Source of the DNA: Candidatus Multivoradales bacterium
Lineage (GTDB): Bacteria; Acidobacteriota; Thermoanaerobaculia; Multivoradales; J023
Reading direction: 5' to 3'
Assembly (NCBI GenBank): GCA_965248925.1
Contig: CBDFLE010000005.1
Span: 2,048,001 to 2,112,000, forward strand
DNA: 64,000 bases
A program made the translations under genes and the position numbers. Below, one piece after another: positions 44,573-54,391 of the stretch. Numbering within the stretch: the stretch's first letter is position 1; the number at the start of each line of letters is the position of its first letter. The notes below the pieces were generated by a model. The model had not been told where the DNA came from. It saw only the letters and a list, made by a program, of their open reading frames with translations, and searched no databases.

Positions 44573-46884
44573 GGCGGTGGCCCCCCTTGGCAGGCCGAGT
44601 TGGTGGGTTGCAGAGTGAAGGCATTCGGCAACGTGTCGGTACAGCCGGTGTCGAGGTGCAGCACGCGGACATCGACACTGGTCGGCAACAGCTGAAATCC
44701 GTCCGTGTCGCTATCGATGGCGCAAGTGACCTGAGCCAAGAAGGTATCGTCGACCGCGGGAGTCAACACCTGAATCTGGCCGCTGTTGACGCTGACCACC
44801 TGGGCTGCCGCCTCTTGAGCGCCAGAGAGGAAAGTCACCCGCGCCGGTGTGACAAAGGAACTGCCACTCACCAACAGCAACAGATTCCCGATCTGCGCAC
44901 CGCTACTCGGTGAGACGCTAGTCAATAGCGGCAGCTCAACGGTGTAGCTGAAGGTCAGATCGCCGGTGCCCGAATCACCGCTATTGATATTGGTGACCTT
45001 GAGCCCTTGCTGAGGCAGGCGCCCATCGTCGGGACAGGCGCCAACCGCCACTCCGACCGTAGTGAAACTGATTTCTATGCTGTTTTTGAAAACCTCGCCG
45101 CTTTGGCGGATGCCACCCAGCTCGACCGTCACCGGGTCGGTGAAACCGCTGCCCAGCACCTTGATAGTGCTACCGCCGGTGTAAACGCCCTGACTGGGAA
45201 CGATGGCGCTGACCACCACTGGATCGGCCGGTGCTTCCGCCTGATAGGTGTAACCACCCGCCAGGGTCACCGCTTGCTCCCCCGCGGCAGGGAAAATGGT
45301 CACCGCCACATCCACCGCTCGCAACTCCCCTAGCATCAGAGCGGGTGCCGGCTGCGGCACCGTCACAGTGATCTTGGTCGAGTTGACGAAGGTCGGTGAA
45401 ACTCCAGCAATACCACCAAAATCCACTCGCAGCGGGCTCTCGAAGCCACTGCCGACGATGCTGACTTGCTCGCCGCCATTGGCATCGCCGACGCTCGGCT
45501 GCACCTCCTGGATACCGAGTACGCTGTCGGGCACGTAGCGGAAAGCGCCGGGCAGCACGGTAGATCGCGGCTCAGCGTCGTCCAGCGCGTTGACCAGGGT
45601 CACATCGACCACCGAGGCGGCGCTGGGATCGGTCGCGGGCGGCGTCACCACGGTAACTCTGCCAGTCGATTCTACTTTTGCCGACAACCCGACCTGATCA
45701 CCGAACTGCACCCTGACCGGCGCCTCGAAGCCGCCGCCGCTCAAAGTCACTTTGTTGCCACCGTCGACGGTGCCGGACGGAGGATCGATAGCACTCAGAA
45801 ACAGCGCCGGCACCGCATCCGGGGTATAGGTAAAGGCGCCAGCCAAGGTCACCGACGGCGGCGCGGCCTGGTCGAGAGCGTTGACCAGGGTCACATCGAC
45901 GGTCTCGACCGCGGTCGGATCCATCGCACCGGGAGTGGTGACCCTGATCACGCTGGCCGACTCGACCACCGCGTTCTGCCCCGCGCGACCGCCGAAATCG
46001 ACCTGGATCGGCGCTGCGAACCCCCCCCCATGCAAGATCACCCGATCGCCCCCGGCAACATTGCCAGCGGCTGGCGTGACCTCGAGCAAAAACAGCGGCG
46101 GCGGCGCTTCCGGCGAGTAGGTAAAGCCGCCAGCCAAGGTCGTCGTCCGCGGATTCGGCCGATCCAAGGCGGTGGTGATGAATACATCCACCGCCAGCGT
46201 CTCCCCCGTCGCCACCGGAGTTACCGAGGCCGGCGTCTCGACCACCAAAGCGGTTTCCGAACTCACCTCGACCACCGTCGCCTCGACACTACCGAAACGC
46301 ACTTGCAGCGGCTGGCGGAAGCCCTCGCCTTGGATCATCACTTGGTCGCCGCCCTCCGGCACTCCACTGGCCGGCACCAGCGCCGCAATCGCCAGGGTGG
46401 TCTCGACCACCTCGATCGCCAGCTGGCCGACCGCGCCGCCCACCTGGGCCAGCACGGTGGCGGTACCGAGGTCCGTACCGGGCAGCAGATTGACCGACGC
46501 CACGCCCGAGACTAGCTCTAAGTTGACCAGCTGCACCGCGTTGCCTTGGGCATCGGCACCGAAGTTTCCCAGGTTGGTGTTGATCGTCACCATGGTGCCA
46601 TCTGGTGGCGGCTGCTGATCACTGGTCTGGCTAACCGTCACCGAAATCGCACTGAACTCCGTCGAACCGGCCTCCAGGCGGGTCGGATCAGCGGCCAGGG
46701 TGACGGTGACGCTCTGCGTACCGCCACCACCACCGCCGCCATTGGTGGGTGCTTTCGGCGCCACTGGATTGCTGGAATCACAAGCCAGCCAGGCAGCCAC
46801 CAGGGTGATAGCCGGCAACCAGAGCCAGCGCCGCCAGCGCGGCCGCTGACGGCCGGCATCGAAGCTACGGGCTGACTCGCTCAT
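44569..46884 (-). CDS. Lipoprotein with Ig-like domain and six IPT/TIG repeats
   Basis: Lipobox-like WLAC; six PxxGxxxG(G)xxVxIxGxGF-type repeats; ATGA overlaps with both neighbours. Confidence 0.85.
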   Translation of the reverse strand: MSESARSFDAGRQRPRWRRWLWLPAITLVAAWLACDSSNPVAPKAPTNGGGGGGGTQSVTVTLAADPTRLEAGSTEFSAISVTVSQTSDQQPPPDGTMVTINTNLGNFGADAQGNAVQLVNLELVSGVASVNLLPGTDLGTATVLAQVGGAVGQLAIEVVETTLAIAALVPASGVPEGGDQVMIQGEGFRQPLQVRFGSVEATVVEVSSETALVVETPASVTPVATGETLAVDVFITTALDRPNPRTTTLAGGFTYSPEAPPPLFLLEVTPAAGNVAGGDRVILHGGGFAAPIQVDFGGRAGQNAVVESASVIRVTTPGAMDPTAVETVDVTLVNALDQAAPPSVTLAGAFTYTPDAVPALFLSAIDPPSGTVDGGNKVTLSGGGFEAPVRVQFGDQVGLSAKVESTGRVTVVTPPATDPSAASVVDVTLVNALDDAEPRSTVLPGAFRYVPDSVLGIQEVQPSVGDANGGEQVSIVGSGFESPLRVDFGGIAGVSPTFVNSTKITVTVPQPAPALMLGELRAVDVAVTIFPAAGEQAVTLAGGYTYQAEAPADPVVVSAIVPSQGVYTGGSTIKVLGSGFTDPVTVELGGIRQSGEVFKNSIEISFTTVGVAVGACPDDGRLPQQGLKVTNINSGDSGTGDLTFSYTVELPLLTSVSPSSGAQIGNLLLLVSGSSFVTPARVTFLSGAQEAAAQVVSVNSGQIQVLTPAVDDTFLAQVTCAIDSDTDGFQLLPTSVDVRVLHLDTGCTDTLPNAFTLQPTNSACQGGPPP

Positions 46885-48227
46885 TGAAACACCGACACTC
46901 CCAGAGACCAGGCAGTGTTGCGGTAGTTGCCATTGAAATCATCGACGTTCGAAGTCACCTGACGCTCGGCGAACTCGATCCACTGCAAGGCCACCCGCAA
47001 CCAATCGCGGCTGTAACCGACGCTCAACACGGTGCGGTCGGCATCGACAAACAGGGGGCCAACAGTCGAATCCGGCTGTGGGCTTTCATCGATGGCGAAG
47101 CCACCAAACAGAGACGAACCATTGGGACGCCCATACTGAAAGCCAAGGCGGTAAGTCATGGTGTCTTCGAAAAACTCCATGTAAGTGCGAGTCAACTCGG
47201 GCGCCGATGGCGAGTCGATAACCAGCCGATCAAAGCTGCTCCAGCCGGTGCGGCTAACATCGACCTCCAACACCGCCTTGCCAAGGCTGGCCGCCAAACC
47301 AACGGTGAGCACCTCGGGAAAAGTAATGCTCGAAGCAATCCCCAACTCCTGGCCAAAAGGCAGCGAGGCGGCGTTGAGTTCGTCGAGCTGGTCATTACCG
47401 GTCGAGATCTGCGTCAAGCGGCCGACGCCGGCATATTGCACTTCGATCTCACTGCGATACGAGGCCCCCCAGGAGATGCTGCGAAGACGCTGCTGAATGC
47501 CCAGACTCCAACCGAAAGCGCCTTCGAAGTCGCTCTCCGCTTGCCAATTGGCAATGTCCTGCACCTGGCCGGTGAAAGGGTTCTCCCCCGGCAGCCGGCG
47601 GCTCACCGACAGATCCGAGACGCGGTAGATCAAGCCAGCACCGATGCCCAAGCCATCACTCAGCCGATAAGCCAGGGTGGGATGCAGGTCATAGGTCCGC
47701 AGATCGCTCTCGGTCGCCAGGTAGCGACCGGCGAAGTTGTCTGGATCGCTCCACTCGGTGCTCATCCAATAGGGCGAGTAGATACCCAAACCCGCCACCA
47801 GCCGCTGGCTCAGCGGTCGCGACAAATAGGCATGAGCCGGCAGGTCGACACCGGTTTCTTGCTCGGCGACGGCGCCGACACCGATGCCCGGTCCCTGGCC
47901 CTGGTAGAGTGACTCGGAGAGCACCGAGGCGGTGGCGCCGACCAGCACATTGGCTTTGGCGAAAGCCAGCCCGCCAGGGTTGTAATAGATCGCCGACGGA
48001 TCGCCGACCCGAGCCGCCCGAGCGCCGCCCATGGCGGTGGCTTGCGGATCTTGGTCGGTCACCGCGAAGCCGGCCGCAAGGCTCGGCGACGCCGCGAAGA
48101 GTAGCCAGATGAGCACTCCCACCAGCAGTCGAAGGTCGGGCAGAGCTACCGCCCGACCCGCAGAAAGCTGGTTTATACTCAGCCGATAACCGCTTGAACT
48201 TGACCGAGAGCTTTGAAACGCCGTCAT
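46881..48227 (-). CDS. FadL/TodX-family outer membrane beta-barrel (true start probably downstream of 48227)
   Basis: Signal peptide ..ASPSLA/AGF, AMGGA, DPSAIYYNPGGLA, PTLAYRL, terminal LGVSVFQ. Confidence 0.88.
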   Translation of the reverse strand: MTAFQSSRSSSSGYRLSINQLSAGRAVALPDLRLLVGVLIWLLFAASPSLAAGFAVTDQDPQATAMGGARAARVGDPSAIYYNPGGLAFAKANVLVGATASVLSESLYQGQGPGIGVGAVAEQETGVDLPAHAYLSRPLSQRLVAGLGIYSPYWMSTEWSDPDNFAGRYLATESDLRTYDLHPTLAYRLSDGLGIGAGLIYRVSDLSVSRRLPGENPFTGQVQDIANWQAESDFEGAFGWSLGIQQRLRSISWGASYRSEIEVQYAGVGRLTQISTGNDQLDELNAASLPFGQELGIASSITFPEVLTVGLAASLGKAVLEVDVSRTGWSSFDRLVIDSPSAPELTRTYMEFFEDTMTYRLGFQYGRPNGSSLFGGFAIDESPQPDSTVGPLFVDADRTVLSVGYSRDWLRVALQWIEFAERQVTSNVDDFNGNYRNTAWSLGVSVFQ

Positions 48228-49292
48228 CTAGAACTCCTCGCTCCGCTGTGTCCGGTCTGCCTGTCCCGCGGCGAGGCGGCGGCGCCGCTGCGAGTCGCCA
48301 GCGTCGATCACGAAAGCGACGACGACATCCTGCAGGGAGTGCTGCGCTGCGCCAACGGGGATTGTCAACGCGAGTTTCCGATCCTCGACGGTATCCCACT
48401 GATCATCGCCGACCTGCGCCGCTACGTCAGCGAGCAGCTGCTGTCGATCAATGCCCGCCAAGACCTGTCGGCCGATCTCGAAAGCGTGCTCGGCGACTGC
48501 TGCGGGCCAGGTTCGGCCTACGACGTGCTGCGCCAGCAAATCAGCGCCTACGGCTTCGATCACTATGGCGACCTCGATCCGCGGCGTGACGAGAACGATC
48601 GTCCCGGCGCGGTCGTCGAACTGCTCAAACGCTGCCTGGCGCTGGTCGACAAGCCGCCCGCGGGGCCAGTGATCGACCTAGGCTGCTCGGTTGGCCGCAC
48701 CACCTTCGAACTCGCTGAGCGGCTCGACCGGCCGGTGCTGGGCATCGATCTCAACTTCGCCATGTTGCGTCTCGCTTCGCGGGTTTTGCGCCACGGCCAG
48801 GTGCGTTATCCACTGCGCCACCTTGGCCTGGTTTATGACCTTCGCGAATTCTCGGCCTCTTTCGCCCATGCCAAGAACGTCGACTTCTGGGCTTGCGACC
48901 TGATCGCACCCCCCTTCCGCGACGATCTCTTCGCCGCCGCCAGCAGCCTCAACGTGCTCGACTGCGTGGCGGCGCCGCAACAGGCTCTAAGTTCGTTGGC
49001 GCGGATTCTGGCTCCCGGCGGCCTGACCTGGATCGCCTCACCCTTCGATTGGTCGCCCTCGGCCACTGCCTTCGGGCAATGGCTCGGTGGCCACTCACAA
49101 CGCGGCGAAAGCGGCGGTGCCAGCGAAATCGTACTGCGCGACCTGCTCACTCCGGGTGCCCACCCAGCAGCCACTCCAGGTCTGCGAATCGTCGCCGAAG
49201 AAGCCTCGTTGCCGTGGCGAGTGCGCAGCCATGCCCGCAGTACCGTTGAGTACCGAGTGCATTTATTGATTGCGCAGGCCATCGCTAGCTAA
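48213..49292 (+). CDS. Class I SAM-dependent methyltransferase with N-terminal Trm112-like Zn-ribbon
   Basis: LLAPLCPVC..GVLRC...C.REFPILDGIP; VIDLGCSVGR, LGIDLN, LNVLDCV, ILAPGG. Confidence 0.85.
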   Translation: MKRRHLELLAPLCPVCLSRGEAAAPLRVASVDHESDDDILQGVLRCANGDCQREFPILDGIPLIIADLRRYVSEQLLSINARQDLSADLESVLGDCCGPGSAYDVLRQQISAYGFDHYGDLDPRRDENDRPGAVVELLKRCLALVDKPPAGPVIDLGCSVGRTTFELAERLDRPVLGIDLNFAMLRLASRVLRHGQVRYPLRHLGLVYDLREFSASFAHAKNVDFWACDLIAPPFRDDLFAAASSLNVLDCVAAPQQALSSLARILAPGGLTWIASPFDWSPSATAFGQWLGGHSQRGESGGASEIVLRDLLTPGAHPAATPGLRIVAEEASLPWRVRSHARSTVEYRVHLLIAQAIAS

Positions 49293-49419
49293 GCTCCCAC
49301 TCAACCGAGATCTTCGCGCCCGCCCTGAACCTCATGGATTTCGGTATGGCAATCTTACAAGATCGGCCTAAGTAAAACCACCAGGGAGATAGCGTAGCGA
49401 CAATTCTGGCCGTGACTTA

Positions 49420-49477
49420 GCCCCTTCTCTGGGGGCAAAAGCAAAAGCCGGCGATGGGCCTCTGCCCATGCCGGCTT
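49420..49477 (-). terminator. Tandem Rho-independent terminator hairpins after the helicase gene
   Basis: AAGCCGGC-G-ATGGGC/GCCCAT-GCCGGCTT (49445-49477) followed by Ts on the minus strand; second hairpin GCCCC/GGGGC at 49420-49436. Confidence 0.6.
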
Positions 49478-49500
49478 CTACTCAACGGTGAACTGACGGA

Positions 49501-50874
49501 CTAGCCGCGAGCGGCCTGTGCTGCCGGCCGCGAACGGCGACGGCGGCGGCGGCGCGGGGCATTGCCATCGGGATGCGACTGACGCTCTCCCTGCGGCCGA
49601 CCCGAGTTGCCATGGTTGCCAGCCCCCCGTCCTTGACCTTGGCCTTTGCGATCGGCCTTGGCCCGGGCCCGAGAGCGCTCGTCAGAGCGCCGGGAACGGA
49701 TCGCGGCGATGCGCTGACCGATAGGGATTTCGAGCTTCTCCCCCGGCGCGGCGTCGTAGTTGAAGCCATCGAGCTTGCGCCGTGGCAAGCGATTGCCCAC
49801 AGCGCGCTCGATCGCCCCCAAGTCCGACGCCTCCTGGGGCGAAGCAAAGGTGTAGGCCTCGCCAGCGGCGCCAGCGCGAGCGGTGCGACCCACCCGGTGG
49901 ATGTAGTCCTCCGGCATATGCGGCACGTCGAAGTTGACCACATGCGACAGGGCCTCGACATCGATGCCGCGAGCGGCGATATCGGTGGCTACCAGCACCC
50001 GGGTAGAGCCGCTCTTGAAGTCAGCCAACGCCTTGGTGCGCTGGTTCTGGCTCCGATTGCCATGGATGCGGTCCGCCGGCACTCCATGCTTCTCCAAGAA
50101 CATGGCCAAGCGATTAGCGCGGTGCTTGGTGCGGGTGAAGACCAGCACATTCTTGATCTCGTCGGTTTGCAGCATCATCACCAGCAGCCGTGACTTGAGA
50201 TCCTGACGCACCGGGAAGATCACCTGCTCGACTTTGTCCGCCGGCTCCGAACGACGCTCGACATTGATGCGCTTCGGCTGCCGCAGCAGCTGTCGCGACA
50301 AGTCGGCGATCGGCCGTGGCATGGTGGCTGAGAAGAGCATGATTTGCCGTGGCTCGGGCAGGTGCTTCAGCACCCGGCGAATATCGGGCAAGAAGCCCAT
50401 GTCGAGCATCCGGTCGGCCTCGTCAAGCACCAACACTTCGAGGCCGTTAAGCTTGGCGTAGTCATATTGGAAATGGTCGAGCAAGCGCCCTGGGCAGGCG
50501 ACGATCAGGTCGACGCCACGGCGAAAAGCCGTCGCTTGCGGAACCATGCCGACACCGCCAAAGACCGCCGCGGCGCGCAGCCGGGTAAAGCGGGCCAGGC
50601 CGTTGAAATCCTCGACAATCTGCGCCGCCAGCTCACGGGTCGGAGCGATCACCAGGGCCCGCGTGGTACCCGGCTGCTTGCCACGCAAGCGCTCGAGGAT
50701 AGGAAGTAAGAAGGCGGCGGTCTTGCCGCTACCGGTCATCGCGCAGGCCAGCAAATCGTCGCCAGCGAGCCCCGGGGGGATCGAGTCGCGTTGAATCGGG
50801 GTGGGTTCAGTAAAGCCAAGCTCGGCAATGCCGCGCTCGATCTCGGGATGGAGTTTAAAGCTCGAAAAGCTCAT
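49501..50874 (-). CDS. DEAD-box RNA helicase (RhlE-like)
   Basis: Q motif PTPIQ, TGSGKT, PTRELA, DEAD, SAT, ARGID, HRVGRTAR; start reassigned to MSFSSF. Confidence 0.96.
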   Translation of the reverse strand: MSFSSFKLHPEIERGIAELGFTEPTPIQRDSIPPGLAGDDLLACAMTGSGKTAAFLLPILERLRGKQPGTTRALVIAPTRELAAQIVEDFNGLARFTRLRAAAVFGGVGMVPQATAFRRGVDLIVACPGRLLDHFQYDYAKLNGLEVLVLDEADRMLDMGFLPDIRRVLKHLPEPRQIMLFSATMPRPIADLSRQLLRQPKRINVERRSEPADKVEQVIFPVRQDLKSRLLVMMLQTDEIKNVLVFTRTKHRANRLAMFLEKHGVPADRIHGNRSQNQRTKALADFKSGSTRVLVATDIAARGIDVEALSHVVNFDVPHMPEDYIHRVGRTARAGAAGEAYTFASPQEASDLGAIERAVGNRLPRRKLDGFNYDAAPGEKLEIPIGQRIAAIRSRRSDERSRARAKADRKGQGQGRGAGNHGNSGRPQGERQSHPDGNAPRRRRRRRSRPAAQAARG

Positions 50875-51365
50875 ATTGCGTAATTGTACTCTCTCTGCGG
50901 CGCAGCTCTTGATGGCATCCTGCCAACGGGCAGAAATTACCCGTGGCGCCGAGCTGAGCGCAAAATCCATCCGGCGTGTTGTAAGAAGGGCGGGAAGAAC
51001 GGGGGACTAGCCGGTGAGGCCACCGCTGTGGGCAGAAAGCCCGGTGAGTTGCGTCGAGTACCCCTTCAGACCTTGGACTTCGGCTCGCCGGGAATCAGCT
51101 GGGAAGCTGCCCGCAAGCGGAGATCAGCACATCGACTTGTGCAGTCTGGCACAGGCTGGTCCTGAAAAGCAAGGGCGATTCCAACCTCCTCATTTGCCTA
51201 GTGATCGCCAGACCTGCCAGCGGCTAGATAAATAGCGTAAGTGCTGCCCTTGCCAGCCGGTACCAGCTGTGGATAATCAGCTACGAGGGCGACTAGTCAG
51301 CGGCAACCAACGGGAGATGGCGGCTCTGACCAACCAGCGACAACTACACCGGAGGAGAATCTCCC

Positions 51366-52925
51366 GTGCCGCATCAGGATCTGCTACCGAAGAACGGCCA
51401 AGTCCTTTTGAGCGAGCCGTCAGCGCCTACGCCACTCCCAACTCCTGACCAGCTCCGTTGGCTGCGCCTAGCCAGCCGACCGCTACTAGCCGAACTCGCC
51501 GCCAAGCACCCTACGGGCGACACTCAGACCGATCTGGTCCTGACCTACATCGAGCGCCGCCTATTCGAGCCTGACTTCACCATCGAAGCCGCCTTGCTCG
51601 CCAGCGGCGTCCGCTACAAAGACTTCCCAAGACAATTCAAGAAACGCCTCGGCCAGACCCCTGGCGTCCTCGTCGCCCAAATCCGCCTAGCCACCGCCGC
51701 CGAACTGCTCCGCACCTCGAACCTGAAAATCCACACCATCGCCAACCTGGTTGGCTACAAGACCTCCCAAGGCTTCCAACGCGCCTACTCCCGCCACCAG
51801 GGCGAGGCCCCGAAAGAAACCCGCAAGAACTCCACCCAGCCACGCAAGGCTGAGTCAGAGCACTCACCGATCACTATCCGTTTCTCAGACAAGAAATACA
51901 AGAACGTCGCTTGGAAAGTGGCTCAGGCCCTGTGGGATGAAGTGGAAGGGCTCGATTCCAAAGAGCAGGCGGCGCGGATGTTGGAGGATTTGAGTTGGGA
52001 TGGGGGGGAGCTGTTTGAAGTTGCCCGGATGCGTACTAAGGAGACCCGTGTTTACGAACCCATAAAGGGTGATCGAGCCGCAAGGCTGCTGATTCGACTA
52101 GCTGAAACAACTGGCGAGCTGGATCGAATGGCTTGCGCCTGGATAATCGCTTCCTTCGCAGAGCTGAACATGCGCGGGATCCGAGCGGCCAGTTCTTTCC
52201 TAGACCAAGCTGACCGATTCAACAGCCGCAACTCAATCACCCTCGCACATATCAGAGCAAACAGAGCCTACCTGCTCTTCCTTGGAGCAGAGAAAAAACA
52301 GGCTATTAGAAACCAAATGGAAATCATCCAGATATACTCTTCACCCACAAGAAAAAAAGAGTTCGAAAGGGCAATGCTCTTCTTAGCAATATATTACAGC
52401 TCGGTCAACTCAGAAGAAGCGGAAAGAATCTACTCGTGGCTTCTGGAGCGAAAGTCAGATCTCGAAGACGAAGTAAGAGTAGAGCTGCATGGGGTCATGG
52501 GTTCCAGGTTCGTTGATATTGCATTACCAGACTTGGCGCGGGATCACTTGCAACCCCTGGCGAACTACGAGATAGCCACGCGATCCCCCATACGAAAAGG
52601 TCAAATACTCATACTCAAGGGACGCATTCTGTCGCTTGAAGGCAAGCCTGATGCTGCATGGAAACTGATTTCTGAAGTCTCCAATCTCCTTGAGGCAATG
52701 AGTCCAATACACCAGGCTGAGCTGAGGCTTGATTGTGCAAGTATCGCAGCAGGAACAGGCCGTCTAGATGAATGCATGAGATTTGCGGAGACTGCCTACC
52801 GAGACAACAGGCACTTCGGAAAGAGAGCAGAAGCCGAGAAGGCACTGCAGCTAATTCAGAGCTCTGAAAAGCAGCTACTGTCCAGAAACATCTATCCAGT
52901 ACAGACCCAAAGCCGAGCAAGCTAG
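51366..52925 (+). CDS. AraC-type HTH protein with long helical (TPR-like) C-terminus
   Basis: FKKRLGQTP...IRLATAAELLRTSNLKIHTIANLVGY....FQRAY; GGAG RBS upstream. Confidence 0.75.
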   Translation: MPHQDLLPKNGQVLLSEPSAPTPLPTPDQLRWLRLASRPLLAELAAKHPTGDTQTDLVLTYIERRLFEPDFTIEAALLASGVRYKDFPRQFKKRLGQTPGVLVAQIRLATAAELLRTSNLKIHTIANLVGYKTSQGFQRAYSRHQGEAPKETRKNSTQPRKAESEHSPITIRFSDKKYKNVAWKVAQALWDEVEGLDSKEQAARMLEDLSWDGGELFEVARMRTKETRVYEPIKGDRAARLLIRLAETTGELDRMACAWIIASFAELNMRGIRAASSFLDQADRFNSRNSITLAHIRANRAYLLFLGAEKKQAIRNQMEIIQIYSSPTRKKEFERAMLFLAIYYSSVNSEEAERIYSWLLERKSDLEDEVRVELHGVMGSRFVDIALPDLARDHLQPLANYEIATRSPIRKGQILILKGRILSLEGKPDAAWKLISEVSNLLEAMSPIHQAELRLDCASIAAGTGRLDECMRFAETAYRDNRHFGKRAEAEKALQLIQSSEKQLLSRNIYPVQTQSRAS

Positions 52926-52960
52926 CAGATCCCAATGACACATTCTCAAGTTCTCTTCCT

Positions 52961-54391
52961 TCACAACCCAACCACCCTCCCACCCAACTCCCCTTCCAAG
53001 ACCCCCGCCAGACTCTGCCGCTCGTTGATCACCGTCACTTCCCCACCGTCGATCATCACTTCAGCCGGTCGGCCGTGGTCGTTGTAGTTGGAGGTGATCG
53101 ACATGCCGTAGGCACCGGCAGAAAACACCGCCAGCAGATCGCCACGCTCAATCGGCGGTAGCTCGCGGTCGCGGGCGAGAAAGTCGGAGGATTCGCAAAT
53201 CGGGCCGACGACTTCGCTGCGTCGCAGGCCGGGAAGATCTAGCTTTTCGGCACGCCGGGGCGGCAGGTGTTGGGGTTCTACCACCAGGGGCCAAACGAAG
53301 TGGAAGGCGCTGTAGAAGGCTGGCCGGATCAGAGTGTGCATGCCAGCATCGCAGATCACGAAGCGTTTGCTGCGGCCTTGTTTGAGGTGCTGCACTCGGG
53401 TCAGCAATACACCGGCATTGGCGACGATCGAGCGGCCGGGCTCAATCAGCAGGCGCACACCACGCTCAGCGGGGCCTTTGAGCAGGGGAGCCAAGGCTTC
53501 AGCGTAGGCAGTGAGGGGGGGTGCTTCACCTTCGGCGTAGTCGATCGGCCAACCACCGCCCAGATCGAGCACCGAGATCGTATGGCCCTCGCTTTCGAGC
53601 TGCTCGCTGAGATCGAGCAAGGCTTGGGTAGCGGCGATGAAGGGCTCGACTTCTTTCACCGGCGAACCGATGTGGACGTGCAGGCCGATCAGGTCAACCG
53701 CGCCGACCCCCGCGAAGCGCTCGAAGAGATGCAGGATCTGCTCCCGATCGATGCCGAATTTGTTTTCTTCTTTGCCGGTGGTGGTGAATTCGTGGGTGCG
53801 AGCGTCGACGTTGGGATTGAAACGCACGCAAACCCGCGCCACCACTGCCAACTCAGCAGCGATAGCAGCGATGCGCTCCAGCTCGCTCTCGGATTCGATG
53901 TTGAACATCCCCACCGAGCCGCGCTCGGCGGTACCGGTGATGCCAAAGCGCTCGGCTTCGTGCAACAGTGAGCTGTGGCGACCGTCGAGGGCGGCGCGTA
54001 TCTCAGCGTCGCGTTTGCCAACCCCGGCAAAGCAAATGTCGGCCATCGGTGTGCCGGCCAACCAGGCGCGCTCTAACTCACCCCCCGAAACCACATCCAT
54101 GCCCGCCCCCAGCTGGCGCAGCAGGCGACAAACATGCAAGTTGGCGCACGCCTTGACCGCGTAGTGCGGATGGGCGCCCAGCGGTGCGAAGGCGCTGCGC
54201 ACCCGCTCGTAGGCGGCCCGCAGGCCATCCGCTGAGTAGACATAAGTCGGCGTTCCGACCGCCGCCGCAACCTCGCTGAGGTCGACCTCACCGGCCATCA
54301 GGCATCCGTCGCGATAGGCGAAACCATCGAGCCCAAGACTGACATCGGCTCTAGGGTGGTGTCCTAGCTGCTGGCCAACTGCCTGGCTCAT
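52961..54391 (-). CDS. lysA: Diaminopimelate decarboxylase
   Basis: GTPTYVYS, YAVKAC (PLP lysine), DVVSGGEL, HVHIGS, EPGRSIV, GPICESSD, GAYG...SNYN. Confidence 0.95.
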   Translation of the reverse strand: MSQAVGQQLGHHPRADVSLGLDGFAYRDGCLMAGEVDLSEVAAAVGTPTYVYSADGLRAAYERVRSAFAPLGAHPHYAVKACANLHVCRLLRQLGAGMDVVSGGELERAWLAGTPMADICFAGVGKRDAEIRAALDGRHSSLLHEAERFGITGTAERGSVGMFNIESESELERIAAIAAELAVVARVCVRFNPNVDARTHEFTTTGKEENKFGIDREQILHLFERFAGVGAVDLIGLHVHIGSPVKEVEPFIAATQALLDLSEQLESEGHTISVLDLGGGWPIDYAEGEAPPLTAYAEALAPLLKGPAERGVRLLIEPGRSIVANAGVLLTRVQHLKQGRSKRFVICDAGMHTLIRPAFYSAFHFVWPLVVEPQHLPPRRAEKLDLPGLRRSEVVGPICESSDFLARDRELPPIERGDLLAVFSAGAYGMSITSNYNDHGRPAEVMIDGGEVTVINERQSLAGVLEGELGGRVVGL

